DNA of 63,469 bases, the filler included, from Octopus bimaculoides (lineage: Eukaryota), in the NCBI RefSeq assembly GCF_001194135.2. It is 6 parts of 5 records of this genome, joined end to end, with 100 filler letters (N's around TTAATTAATTAA, not from the genome) between each part and the next. Parts side by side here need not be neighbours in the genome. Positions count along the whole stretch, not along the records: positions 47,733 to 60,199 come from NC_068982.1; positions 60,300 to 62,295 come from NW_026428000.1; positions 62,396 to 63,469 come from NC_069005.1; 3 more parts are not named here. The stretch is one strand, 5' to 3'. The number at the start of each line of letters is the position of its first letter. Positions within the stretch are counted from its first letter, which is position 1. A program made the position numbers and the translations under genes. The notes under the pieces are model-generated. The model was not told the origin of the DNA, ran no database searches, and saw only the letters and a list, made by a program, of their open reading frames with translations. Positions 51,693 through 63,325 of the stretch are shown here, piece by piece.

Positions 51693-52224
51693 TCCTCTTA
51701 CCAAATAACTTGGTCATTTAAAAAATTAACTTCTAATACTCTTTTCTCATATTTATTTACCTGTTAAATGAATTCAAATTCCGAAAGAAGGACAAAAACT
51801 GCATTTAAAACGTAAGTTCTAATTCTATTAAAGTCAACAGAAAATAATCCTCAACTAGTTATATAATTTCAAATTTTTAGATATGATCAAACAAGAGATT
51901 CGTTTAGTTGCAGTGTATTCTGTTTCATTAAAATGGCGGCAGAACTGACCTAAATAGTTATCTCCCTTCATAACATTTATGACTGAAGCGTTGACAGACA
52001 GTTAAGCTATTGTTGGTCTTACTTTGTCAGTGATGAGTACATATCCTGTTACTGGATAACATATTCGTGGACTGACGTGTTTTAACTCAAGTTTCTTTCT
52101 CAGACCAACCTCAGTGAATGCTTCACATTCTTTGATACTTAATTTAGAAAATATACACCAAATAGCGGGCGAGAAATGATTGTAGAATTGTACGATTCCA
52201 GATTTACGAAGTAATGGATGCTTG

Positions 52225-52800
52225 ATATTGTAATGTTCATGATTTTTATGAAATAGATTGACAGGCGCAGCCGCTGTGGAAGTGGTATCACAATCAGTGG
52301 ATATAGGATCTGTTGGTGGATAGCAGACGACATAGTGCTACTTGGCTCATCAGGAGGTAACCCCCCCGGCATGCACTGAAATGGTTCGCTGCAAGGCAAG
52401 GATGAGAATGAGTGTTGCGAAGACTGATACATTGGTCCTTTTGAGAAAATCTTTCCAGTGCTCTCTACATGTTATTGGAACATCACTGAGACAAGTGGAA
52501 CAGTTTAAGTAACCCAGAGCCGTATACATGAGTTGTAGGAAGCAGAAAGCTGAATATTGTAAGCTAGAATTGCAGCCGCAAGCACAGTTAGAGGTTGGTA
52601 AAAAGTGCCCAATACGCTGTCTTCATTTCGGTTTCCATGCTTATCCTCACCTATCACCATGAACATTGGGAAATACAAGAATACAAGCGGCCGAAATAGG
52701 GTTCCGCCGAAGGATCTCTGGAGTTATGGAGTTATGTTATTCGACAGGTTCCGTAGCTCGGAAATCAGGGGATCTCTCCAGGTCGAGCTGCTACTTCAGG
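52225..52800 (+). mobile_element. RTE-clade (Expander/Rex3-like) RT fragment, decayed
   Basis: With frameshifts: FMIFMK.IDRRSRCG...IADDIVLLGSS, RHALKWFAA..GMRMSVAKT, LRQVEQFK, ILTYHHEHW and RIQAAEIGFRRRISG..DRFRSSEIRGSLQVELLL. Confidence 0.78.
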
Positions 52801-53599
52801 AAACTGAGGCTATACTAACAGCGAGACGGTTAGGTAATACCCCAAATCTTTGATAGGATCCTATGGAGCCTGTGGAGGAGGTGCTGAGGACTTTTACCCC
52901 ACAACACTTCCAGGAATAGAGGACGGAGAAGATAGATAGATATTGTAATTTAGAAGTATGAATTTGGATTCTTAAAAGATGGTCCCATCAGATTGTTTCA
53001 TTTGAAAATGAACGTCTTGCGAAATGGTTCAATCAACGCTTTATAGCGAATATGTATATATCAAATTAAATGTATGTATGTATGTATGTATGTATGTATG
53101 TATGTATGTATGTATGTACGCCATTATTCAGTCTTATTTCAAGATTTCTTGCCAATAGAGAAAGAGCCGGTTACTAACCCAGATCCAAGGCTGGAAGTTA
53201 CAACTTTCGTCTGTTACCTATACCTCAAAACATGCAAGTCTGGATCGAGACTGAATATAGTCTTCTGAGAGATCATTGACAGAAAGTTAGAAATGCCATT
53301 GACAGCGTAGAAGCATAAAGAGACAGAATCGTATGTGAAGAGGAAGCAATCACCATATTTGTATATGCATGTACATGCTTAAATATATGCATGTGCAAAT
53401 GTATGCCTGTATATCTATGTATTTATTCATGCATATATGTGTGTATGTGTATATGTATGTATGCGTATTATAAAATTTATTGAAAAAGTTGACCTTAATC
53501 TGTGAACAAATTCAATACAGAAAACTTGTCTATAAGGTTCAGAAAGGATTATCCACAAAATCCCGAGTGCAATGTAAAAGCGGATACGAAGATAAAAAA

Positions 53600-53930
53600 C
53601 AGAAAAATCTTTCTTAGAAAATGTACAAACTGCTCCACACCCTAGAACACGAGGAGTGGTTTGATAGGAAGAAGAATTAAAACAAGAAAACCACCAATCT
53701 CACCGTAGGACAGAAAGAACAAACGGAGTAAGGTCATTGACTTTGCAATTGCGTATAATGGTTGAATAGATTAAAAGGAAACTGAGGAAATTGCGAAATA
53801 TGAGGACCTAGCCAAAGAAATGATAAATATTTTAGGACAGAGTGATAAAAATTGTTCCTGTAGCAATTGGAGCACTGGGCACAGCACCCAAATTGCTCTC
53901 TGAGAGGCTGCAGAATATTGGAATTGAGGT
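53600..53930 (+). mobile_element. R4/Dong-clade RLE fragment
   Basis: DRKNKRSKVIDFAI...KETEEIAKYEDLAKE...IVPVAIGALGTAPKLLSERLQNIGIE. Confidence 0.75.
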
Positions 53931-53931
53931 A

Positions 53932-54115
53932 CGCAGGAAGAAATGTTTAGCGGCATCGCCTCCGCCTTGACGTTCTGAGTTCAAATTCCGCCGAGGTCAG
54001 CTTCGCCTTTCATCCTTCCGGGGTCGATAAATTAAGTACCAGTGAAATACTGAGTCGATGTAATCGACTGGTCCCCTCCCGCCAAATTTCTGGCCGTGTG
54101 CCTTTAGTATAAAGG

Positions 54116-54189
<74 letters not shown>

Positions 54190-54190
54190 N
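53932..54190 (+). mobile_element. SINE family B with long (ATT)n tail
   Basis: gttctgagttcaaattccgccgaggtcagcttcgcctttcatccttccggggtcgataaattaagtaccag...aaaggattatt. Confidence 0.85.
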
Positions 54191-54256
54191 NNNNNNNNNN
54201 NNNNNNNNNNNNNNNNNNNNNNNNNNNNNNNNNNNNNNNNNNNNNNNNNNNNNNNT

Positions 54257-54590
54257 CCCACTGCATGGTACCTTGGGCAAGTGTCTTCTACTATAGTCTC
54301 GGGCCGACCAAAGCCTTGTGAGTGGATTTGGTAGACGGAAACTGAAAGAAGACCGTCGTATATATGTATATGTATATATATGTGTGTGTTTGTGTGTTTG
54401 TGTTTGTCCCCCTAACATCGCTTGACAACCGATGCTGGTGTGTTTACGTCCCCTTAACTTAGCGGTTCGGCAAAAAGAGTCCGATAGAATAAGTACTAGG
54501 CTTACAAAGAATAAGTCCTGGGGTTGATTTGCTCGACTAAAGGAGGTGCTCCAACATGGCCGCAGTCAAATGACTGAAACAAGTAAAAGA
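54257..54590 (+). mobile_element. SINE family A
   Basis: Near-perfect match to the other family-A copies. Confidence 0.9.
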
Positions 54591-54611
54591 TTATTATTAT
54601 TATTATTATTA

Positions 54612-55040
54612 TTGAAGCAGCCAGCCTACATAATCGTTAGTGCACCGGAGAAAATGCTTAGCTGCATTTCGCCCGTCTTTGCACTTTGAGTTCAAAGGTT
54701 GCCAAAATTGACTTTGCTTTTCATACTTTCGGGCTGAAACTAGGGTCGATGTAATGGAGTAGCCTACCTCAACACCAAATTTCAGGCCTTCTGCCTATAA
54801 TGGGAACGATTGATTATTATTAAGGCAGTCAGCTGGAGTAATCGTTAGCCCGCCGGACAAAATGTTCAGCGCCATTTCTTCTGGCTTTACGGTCTGAGTT
54901 CAAATGCGTCCAATGTCAACTTTGACGTTCATCCTTTTGGGGTCGATAAAATTAAGTACCAGTTAAATATTGGTGTCGATCTAATTGACTTGCCCTCTCC
55001 CGCTAAAACTGATAGCCCTATGCCAAAATTTGAAACCACT
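54612..55040 (+). mobile_element. Two tandem SINE family B copies (54612-54812 and 54820-55040)
   Basis: Each starts right after (att)n, with a head like taaggcagtcagctggagtaatcgttagc, and carries ggggtcgataaaattaagtaccag or a remnant of it. Confidence 0.8.
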
Positions 55041-55389
55041 ATTACCAACAGAACCCTATACCATTACTAAAAGCCTGACCAAACAACAATCACATATAAA
55101 ATGCTTTGTTAACATACAAAATTGAAAGGAGTGTAATCGTAATGGCATTTATTGCCGCTATAAGTGGCATTTCCTCCCTCGTAACTCACTTTATTATAGA
55201 CAGGAAACGTTCATAATATAATTTGCAGTAAAACTAAATGGATTTTCAGCTTTCCTTTTTACTTTATTTATTCTTTATTTTCTTTCATTTGTTTATTTAT
55301 CTACTTATTTATTAATTTATTTATAATGATGATAAAATATTTTTTCGTGTTTGTTTCGTCGGGTTTTTATGAATGGTATTAATAATTGT

Positions 55390-55730
55390 TGGGCTCAAAT
55401 TTTGGCACAAGGCCAACAATTTCGGGGGTATGAGGTTAAGTCGATTAAATTAACACCAGTAATCAACTGGTACTTATTTCATCGACCCCGAAAGAATGAA
55501 AGCCAAAGTCGACGTCCGTGGCATTTGAACCCAGAACGTAAAGACGGACGAAATGCCGCTAAGCATTTTGCCTGGTGTGCTGACGATTCTGCCAACTCAC
55601 CGCCTCAAACTTGTTCAAGATGCTACGCGTTGGGATTGAACCAGGGAACGTCAATGAACACTGGGGTTAATTTAATCGACTTAACCAGATCACCCCCGAA
55701 ATTGATGGCCTTGTGCCAAAATTTGAACCC
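55390..55730 (-). mobile_element. SINE family B copy (55390-55605) plus a fragment (55655-55730)
   Basis: aactggtacttatttcatcgaccccgaaag...cagaacgtaaagacggacgaaatgccgctaagcatttt...attctgccaactcaccgcc. Confidence 0.8.
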
Positions 55731-55974
55731 ATTAATTATTAATACTCCAAAATCCCAAGCATTCGACCATGCCAGCACCCAGTGATATTAATGATTATTG
55801 GCTTCTAGTAATAGTATAAACTTTTTCGTTGCCATTTCTCTGTCGATATATATTGTTTTTGTTCCAATTAATTTTGAAAATAATGAAGAATTTAATAAAG
55901 CAACTTTGTCATTGTTAAACTTGTATTTGAAGCAAAAAGTAAAAGGTTTCATGGAACATTCTTAATCTAACGCA

Positions 55975-56160
55975 AGCTGGCGTTAGAGCATAGGATAATA
56001 TACTGAGTGATATTTCTTCCGGCTCTCTATGTTCTAAGTTCAAATCTCGCCAAGGATAACTTTACCTTTTATATTTCCGGAGTCGATAAAACAAGTACCA
56101 ATCTAGCGCTGGGGTCGAATAGTATCGATTAATCTGCTTCTTCCTGAATTGTTGATCTTG
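55975..56160 (+). mobile_element. SINE family B, diverged
   Basis: gttctaagttcaaatctcgcc...ggagtcgataaaacaagtacc...ggggtcgaat. Confidence 0.65.
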
Positions 56161-56609
56161 CATCTAATCAGAACCAATTTTAAAACATGATAAAATTAGT
56201 TGTGGTCTTTGGCGGGTTCCTATCAAACGGGTTAATACTGTTACGTCTATCACGGAGGTTTGGCTTTAAAAAAAATTTTATAAATGAATCATTTCCCCGC
56301 GGTTTGTAAAAGGAACAATGGTAGATTCTTTGACATCAAACACGCAGCCCACAGTGGCAAAGCTTCCATCGTCACGTACTTAACCATCTCTACCCTTTCC
56401 AGTTAAGACTGCATTCGATGGGTTGGATTTGGTGCTGATACACACATTACCAATATGTTTTGTCTTCGATCGCGTTGTTTACATAGAAATATATGGTTTA
56501 CGGAATGTCGTAACTTGCAGTGTCATAACTTTGTAATTCTATAGAAAAATCTATAGAGATAAACTCATATATATGTGTGTGTATATGTATATATATAATA
56601 TATATATAT

Positions 56610-57090
56610 CTGTCTTCGAAACGCCTGGTTTTAGAATAGAGGCAGCTGATGAAGGATTAATTCCAAGTGGCTTGTTTGTTTTCCTATGTGTTCGTTCTGT
56701 TGTCTGTAAACAAAGTCTGTTTTGTTTTTATGCTCCTGTTCATTTGTCTAACGTCCTGTACCCGAATATGCATCTATAAATACATGTAGATGTGGGTATG
56801 TACATATATGTATGTATACATACATATGCTTATATATCATTTGTATTACTTATATATATACATATATATATATCATATTGAACCTACCCTACACATTATT
56901 ATTTTTTCTGTTTTTTTTTTTTTTCGTTTACTCCATTTTTTCCCTTTCAATCTTTTCTGTTGAGGAGCGTAGGCTCAAAACGTTAAAGACTCTATTCTTC
57001 TATTCTTCATGAACGTCAAACTAATACACCTGCTTGTTGTTCCTTCACCTGTCTTTTGTTTCACCATCTTTTGTTTTCTAAAAATTTGAA
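56610..57090 (+). mobile_element. Penelope-type terminal repeats with hammerhead-like relics
   Basis: ctgatgaaggattaattcc and ctgttgaggagcgtaggctcaaaacgttaaaga. 56960-57090 matches 5425-5555 (-). Confidence 0.5.
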
Positions 57091-57130
57091 ATATGTATAT
57101 ATATATATATATATACATATGTGTGTGTGT

Positions 57131-57170
<40 letters not shown>

Positions 57171-57450
57171 AAGTATGTATATACGTATATGAGACAGTTG
57201 GTATATGAATGCACGTGGTTGGATGTATAAAAAACAAAATAGGATGAAAAAACTACAGATTTGTATTATATGGTTAAAAACTTTATTAAAATTGTCATGT
57301 TAGGGAAATTATATAAAATCTTGTGTATAGGGGGTTCCTATAAGGTTGTTATCCACCCCTGATTGGAACTCTCCCGTATGACATGTACGCATGCTCAGTG
57401 ACTTGCTTTAACTTCCGCAGACGACTCACATACTGTACTGACCGGTTAAT

Positions 57451-57637
57451 ATGTCTCCGAAGAAATCACGCGAATACTGCTGTATATGCAGCCACTATAG
57501 AAGGAAGAATGTAGACGGCAAAGTTATTTCACTACATAGATATCCTGCAAACGTAGCTATTCGTCGTATTTGGCTTCAGAGATCGAGACTTGTGAGGAAA
57601 GACTTTGTTTACACTGCAAGCTATGATATGTTTCTTT
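57451..57637 (+). CDS. THAP-type zinc-finger N-terminus (probable transposase), partial, runs into gap
   Basis: MSPKKSREYCCICSHY...VISLHRYPANVAIRRIW...VRKDF: C-x2-C, H-R-(F/Y)-P and R-x-x-W THAP signature. The C-x2-H end is not visible. Confidence 0.68.
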
Positions 57638-58143
57638 NNNNNNNNNNNNNNNNNNNNNNNNNNNNNNNNNNNNNNNNNNNNNNNNNNNNNNNNNNNNNNN
57701 NNNNNNNNNNNNNNNNNNNNNNNNNNNNNNNNNNNNNNNNNNNNNNNNNNNNNNNNNNNNNNNNNNNNNNNNNNNNNNNNNNNNNNNNNNNNNNNNNNNN
57801 NNNNNNNNNNNNNNNNNNNNNNNNNNNNNNNNNNNNNNNNNNNNNNNNNNNNNNNNNNNNNNNNNNNNNNNNNNNNNNNNNNNNNNNNNNNNNNNNNNNN
57901 NNNNNNNNNNNNNNNNNNNNNNNNNNNNNNNNNNNNNNNNNNNNNNNNNNNNNNNNNNNNNNNNNNNNNNNNNNNNNNNNNNNNNNNNNNNNNNNNNNNN
58001 NNNNNNNNNNNNNNNNNNNNNNNNNNNNNNNNNNNNNNNNNNNNNNNNNNNNNNNNNNNNNNNNNNNNNNNNNNNNNNNNNNNNNNNNNNNNNNNNNNNN
58101 NNNNNNNNNNNNNNNNNNNNNNNNNNNNNNNNNNNNNNNNNNN

Positions 58144-58391
58144 AGCAGATTGGGATCAGGCAATACTTCACCGAGAGGAGATATAAGCTTCTGCTTATTC
58201 CTGTCTGAAGTATCGTCCGATACTTCAGACTTATCGTCCGATGAATTTACTTTGTTGACATTCTTCATCGACAGAATTTTTATACCTTTCAACCTTTCAG
58301 TCAAGTCCGCCTTTCTTCCAGTAACATACTGTCCATATAATCTTAAATATTTCTTTAACTCAGGCACAGTAAGTACTTCGATAAGTACCAT
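58144..58391 (-). CDS. SAP-domain protein N-terminus (probable ISL2EU second ORF, SWIM/YqaJ type), partial
   Basis: LTVPELKKYLRLYGQYVTGRKADLTERL is a SAP consensus, followed by KQKLISPLGEVLPDPNL. About 82 codons with no stop before the gap. Confidence 0.7.
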
Positions 58392-59371
58392 GATAAGACG
58401 TAAAACAATAACAATAGCGTGGATAGTCTGCGGAAGTTTAATTGTCTACACGGAGCGCTGCCTAGCCAAGGGAGATAACCTACTTATAGGAAAGTCCTAT
58501 AGTGACATTGTTTTTGGAGAAATAATCGGTTTCGCATTTTCTTTTCAAATTTCTCAAATTTCTTTACCGATATTCTGTCATGTATTCGTTATGGTGTAAA
58601 CCACATTTGAACTATTTTCTGTGCAAACGAATAAACAACATTCCAGGAATCTCGACTTTTCACAATACCCCATCATCTAATCAATGGATTGCTGTGATGG
58701 TGATAATATTTTACCTTGAACCAATGCCAAGAGACAGAACTCTAAAACACCATGCAAAAGAAAAAAAAAAGCTTCCAATGAATTATAGAAATGCAGTGTA
58801 GGTAATTATTTTTATTAAATACAAAAACAAGAACAAGGATAGGCAAACGCGGAGAGGATACGGCAGTGTGTGAAGGGAGCGGGGCATTTTCCGACAGTAA
58901 TAATCTCAGGTGTCGAACTGGCAGATTCGTTCGCGAGTTCTAAGACTCGGCACTCCGAGTTTGTCTGTCACCCATGTCGACTTGGTTGTTCATCCCATCG
59001 GATTCGAAAAGAGAAAGAAGTTCCAATCCAAGGTAATGGATTGGTGGTACTGAAAGAACATTGAACGAATGCCTTGTACTATTTGTTTCAGTTCTTTCTG
59101 TCTGAATTCAAATCCCACCATGGCCAATTTGTGTGGTAGATTTAATCCGTTGCTAAATTTTATTTACATTATCACCTGGACTCCACTCTATTGCAAGCAT
59201 TAAGGCTCGATTTCCGGTTTGAGTATAACTTCCTTTTTCCATCCCATCACTTTTGGAGACTCTGTGAAGAGTTATGGGTACTGGCCCTTTTCTTGACACA
59301 AAGATAACAATTATGAAAGGTGTGACATTTGACATTTATTGGTGATATAGAATGTGATGTCAATCAGGACA

Positions 59372-59602
59372 GACCAAAGCCTTGTGAGTGAATTTAGTAG
59401 ACGGAAACTGAAAGAAGCCCGTCGTATATATCTATATATATGTATATATGTATATATGTATGTGTGTGTATATGTTTGTGTGTCTGTGTTTGTCCCCCCA
59501 ACATCGCTTGTCAACAGATGGTGGTGTGTTTACGTCCCCGTAACTTATCGGTTCGGCAAAAGAGTCCGATAGAATAAGTACTAGGCTTACAAAGAATAAG
59601 TC
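59372..59602 (+). mobile_element. SINE family A, internal part
   Basis: gaccaaagccttgtgagtg...gaaagaagcccgtcg(TA)n...ggttcggcaaaagagtccgatagaataagtactaggcttacaaagaataag. Confidence 0.85.
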
Positions 59603-60299
59603 TATAATCACTGATATCTCAAATCTTGTTCTGTTGCCCCTATTTAATCATTGGACTAATGGACAACAGATTGACATATGTTCAACATCTAATAAGGAAT
59701 AAAATTATAACGTAGCTTGTTTTTCAGACAATTTTCTTCATATTGGAGCTATTGTTTATACAATATTTATATATCATATTACACACCCTTTTGATTCGCT
59801 GATCTAACCAGTGAGCTAGAGCTATCATTTGAAAGTACTTAACCCATTGTGTTCATATTTGTTTCAGTACGTGTTGATAATTGCTTGTATTGTGAATTTT
59901 TAATCTTGCCAGTTCGTTTATTCTTAAATAAGGAGAAAACTGTACAATAAAGATGACTGTAAAATGTTGAGTGAGTTGTTATAGGCTATACAAATTCTAT
60001 CATGTAATCTGGTTGATTAATTTTCTTCTTGCTAAAAGTCCCACGTTTCAATGAATACGTGGGAGGTACACCAGAGACTTCGTTTTATTACTGCATGTCA
60101 GTCAACCGAAATACATTCGTCTCTAAGCTATGCATATTGGGGAAGATGAATTCAGTACGAGCAAATTTCATACTACGAATATATATATATATATATATAN
60201 NNNNNNNNNNNNNNNNNNNNNNNNNNNNNNNNNNNNNNNNNNNTTAATTAATTAANNNNNNNNNNNNNNNNNNNNNNNNNNNNNNNNNNNNNNNNNNNN

Positions 60300-60432
60300 G
60301 CCTTTCATCCTTTCGGGGGTCGATTGAATAAGTACCAGTTACGCACTGGGGTCGATATAATCGTCTTAATCCGTTACTCTGTCCTTGTTTGTCCCCTCTG
60401 TGTGTAGCCCCTTGTGGGTAGTAAAGGAATAA
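60300..60432 (+). mobile_element. SINE family B-related 3' part
   Basis: gcctttcatcctttcgggggtcgattgaataagtaccagttacgcactggggtcgat, with a variant 3' end. Confidence 0.7.
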
Positions 60433-60639
60433 GAAGCACCCACTCTTGTGTCCTTATGGCCACAGTGGAGTGATTCATCGCGTCTTCTTCATTCGCGAAC
60501 CTCACCTCCACTGTGCCATACTTTCTACCTCTCGTGTAAAAAGTTGTAGAATTTTCAATCTCTTCTAAAATTCTTCTATTGCTTCAATGGCAGCGATTTC
60601 TATCCTTTTGTATGATACCGACAACGTTCTATACACTAC

Positions 60640-61462
60640 TCTTTTACTTGTTTCAGTCATTTGACTGTGGCCATGCTGGAGCACTGCCTTTAGTCGAGCA
60701 AATCGACCCCAGGACTTATTCTTTGTAAGCCTAGTACTTATTCTATCGGTCTCTTTTTGCCGAACCGCTAAGTTACAGGGACGTAAACACACCAGCATCG
60801 GTTGTCAAGCGATNNNNNNNNNNNNNNNNNNNNNNNNNNNNNNNNNNNNNNNNNNNNNNNNNNNNNNNNNNNNNNNNNNNNNNNNNNNNNNNNNNNNNNN
60901 NNNNNNNNNNNNNNNNNNNNNNNNNNNNNNNNNNNNNNNNNNNNNNNNNNNNNNNNNNNNNNNNNNNNNNNNNNNNNNNNNNNNNNNNNNNNNNNNNNNN
61001 NNNNNNNNNNNNNNNNNNNNNNNNNNNNNNNNNNNNNNNNNNNNNNNNNNNNNNNNNNNNNNNNNNNNNNNNNNNNNNNNNNNNNNNNNNNNNNNNNNNN
61101 NNNNNNNNNNNNNNNNNNNNNNNNNNNNNNNNNNNNNNNNNNNNNNNNNNNNNNNNNNNNNNNNNNNNNNNNNNNNNNNNNNNNNNNNNNNNNNNNNNNN
61201 NNNNNNNNNNNNNNNNNNNNNNNNNNNNNNNNNNNNNNNNNNNNNNNNNNNNNNNNNNNNNNNNNNNNNNNNNNNNNNNNNNNNNNNNNNNNNNNNNNNN
61301 NNNNNNNNTATACGACGGGCTTCTTTCAGTTTCCGTCCACCAAATCCACTCACAAGGCTTTGGTCGGCCCGAGGCTATAGTAGAAGACATTTGCCCAAGA
61401 TGCTACGCAGTGGGACTGATCCCGGGACCATGTGGTTGGTAAGCAAGCTACATACCACACAG
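60640..61462 (-). mobile_element. SINE family A with a gap over its internal microsatellite
   Basis: Both halves match family A on either side of the 60814-61308 N run. Confidence 0.85.
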
Positions 61463-62185
61463 CCACTCCTACGCCTATGTTCCTACTGTTCCTTTTACAA
61501 CACTATTTGTCAGCTCTTCCGGTGGGGTTGTCCTCAAACTGGATCCTTCTCTTTCGATTAACTTTTTACACCCCTTCCACGTTTTTCGATCCACCTTCAC
61601 TTCTCGAACCTCCAAAGCCTCGGTGTCTATACATTTCTATTCATACATACTTTTTTTGAATGCCCACTACTCCGATAATTCTGCATTTTTTACAGTTACA
61701 CTTTTTCCATGACACTAGTTAAATTTTTTATTCCACAACATATTTGTAGTGGTTTCATGCAGCCATAGCATGGATTCAATCCTCGATTGCCAAATTTCAC
61801 TTAACACTTCAACAGCACTTTTCTCACAGTAAAACAATGGTTTTTCTGTGAATGACAGCAGTTATACATTTCCCAGATGCTTTTGCTAAGCAGAATAATG
61901 TCTTTGCCTCTCGCCAACCTCCGAAAATCTCCAACAATCTCTCCCTCCTCCAGCTAACAGTTTTTTGTACTTTTTCGAGACGGAAAATATACTTTTTGTG
62001 GCAGTTATCACGAAATTGCATTCTTATATCAGCGTAATAAGGCATTTCAACAGAACATCTTTACCCCCGGGAATTACCAGGTACACCAGCTAGTATATGT
62101 GTGTATAAATGTGATTGTATGTGGTTATGTAAGTTTGGCTACATAAGTGTGAGAGTTGGGGTGTGTATGCGTGTATAGCTATATA

Positions 62186-62295
62186 CAAGGGTCGGTTGAA
62201 AAGTTCATCGGCTAACCAAGATATTTAATGGAATGAGACAAAATGAGGTTTCTTTTTCAACATGGCCCCACCTTGTGGTCCACATCCATTGGTGT
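62186..62295 (+). mobile_element. Tc1/mariner-type terminus (MITE-like), truncated by a gap
   Basis: TA|caagggtcggttgaaaagttc resembles TA|CGAGGG..AAAAGT mariner ends. Confidence 0.5.
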
Positions 62296-63149
62296 NNNNN
62301 NNNNNNNNNNNNNNNNNNNNNNNNNNNNNNNNNNNNNNNTTAATTAATTAANNNNNNNNNNNNNNNNNNNNNNNNNNNNNNNNNNNNNNNNNNNNGAAAG
62401 AAAATTGAGAAATAACCTCGCCCCTCAAGTAACGTTCTTAAACGCAACAACATTTCACTATAACCTTTCGTAGACGTGGTTTTCCACAGCTCGTCTGTTT
62501 GACAGAGCTGCAGTACTAGATAAAGCTTAGACTGCAGGAAGGTACCTGGCATTTGAGGTTCTGCCAGGGGCTAACAGACTTTTGCCAGTCGGGCAGTGCG
62601 GTCGGTGGATGTTGCATCGTGTGTTGTAGAGGATCAGTGGACATGCTTGGACATGAATTTTGTCGTATTTATAAGAAAGCAGACAGCTAGAAGGATGAAG
62701 ATATCAGTGGTGCTTCAGTGGTGTGGGATCGTTTGAACACTCCGTACGCTAGGAAGGTTAGATGTGAAGTCGATGACAATATATTTCACTTGACAAGGTA
62801 GCATGTGGTTAATGTCTGTTACTATCTTCCATTGTCCCGTAGTGAGAAGTAAGTTTTATTTCCTGTCGTGGGAATGAAATGAGAATGAGATGTAAGGGGA
62901 CAATGTTTTTGAGATTCCGGTTCGAATTCGAATGTAAGGCAGGTCTGAAAGGGTTCCCAACAGTTATTAGTAGCAGTGGCAGAATGTTTATAACGAATAT
63001 GTATGTATGTATATATGTGAGGTAATAGTTTCACTATAATAGTGAAAATATTAAACTGAAAGTATCTCACATTGCAATAGAGAGATGTTATTGTTTCACT
63101 TTTGATACGTAATACTGAAATAGAGCAAGAGACAAGAGATTGCTCTGGG

Positions 63150-63325
63150 CTCGCATTAGACAAGAAGTTGAAAAATTTTTTTTGGGGGGGGGGGCATGAC
63201 ACAGCATGGACCATAAGTAAGGCATGTGTAAAATTTGAATGAAATCGGTTGGGTAGTTCTCGAGTTTTAGGGATTCACACAGACAGACAGACACATTCTC
63301 AACTTCATATATATATATATATATC
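63150..63325 (+). mobile_element. Non-autonomous Helitron/Helentron-like 3' region
   Basis: aaaatttgaatgaaatcggtt...gttctcgagtttt...cagacagacagac...tatatata is a typical layout of animal non-autonomous Helitrons. Confidence 0.4.

Larger units (their letters stand above)
57329..58498. mobile_element. Two-gene DNA transposon with convergent THAP and SAP ORFs (best fit ISL2EU/PHIS; Kolobok alternative); core in gap
   Basis: 25-bp imperfect TIRs (19/25 match), flanked by AT (or TATA). ORFs point inward from both ends. A 506-N gap separates them. Confidence 0.72.

Noticed and set aside
61824-62900. Short ORFs that might be TE remnants
   Set aside because: I could not match any family motif convincingly.
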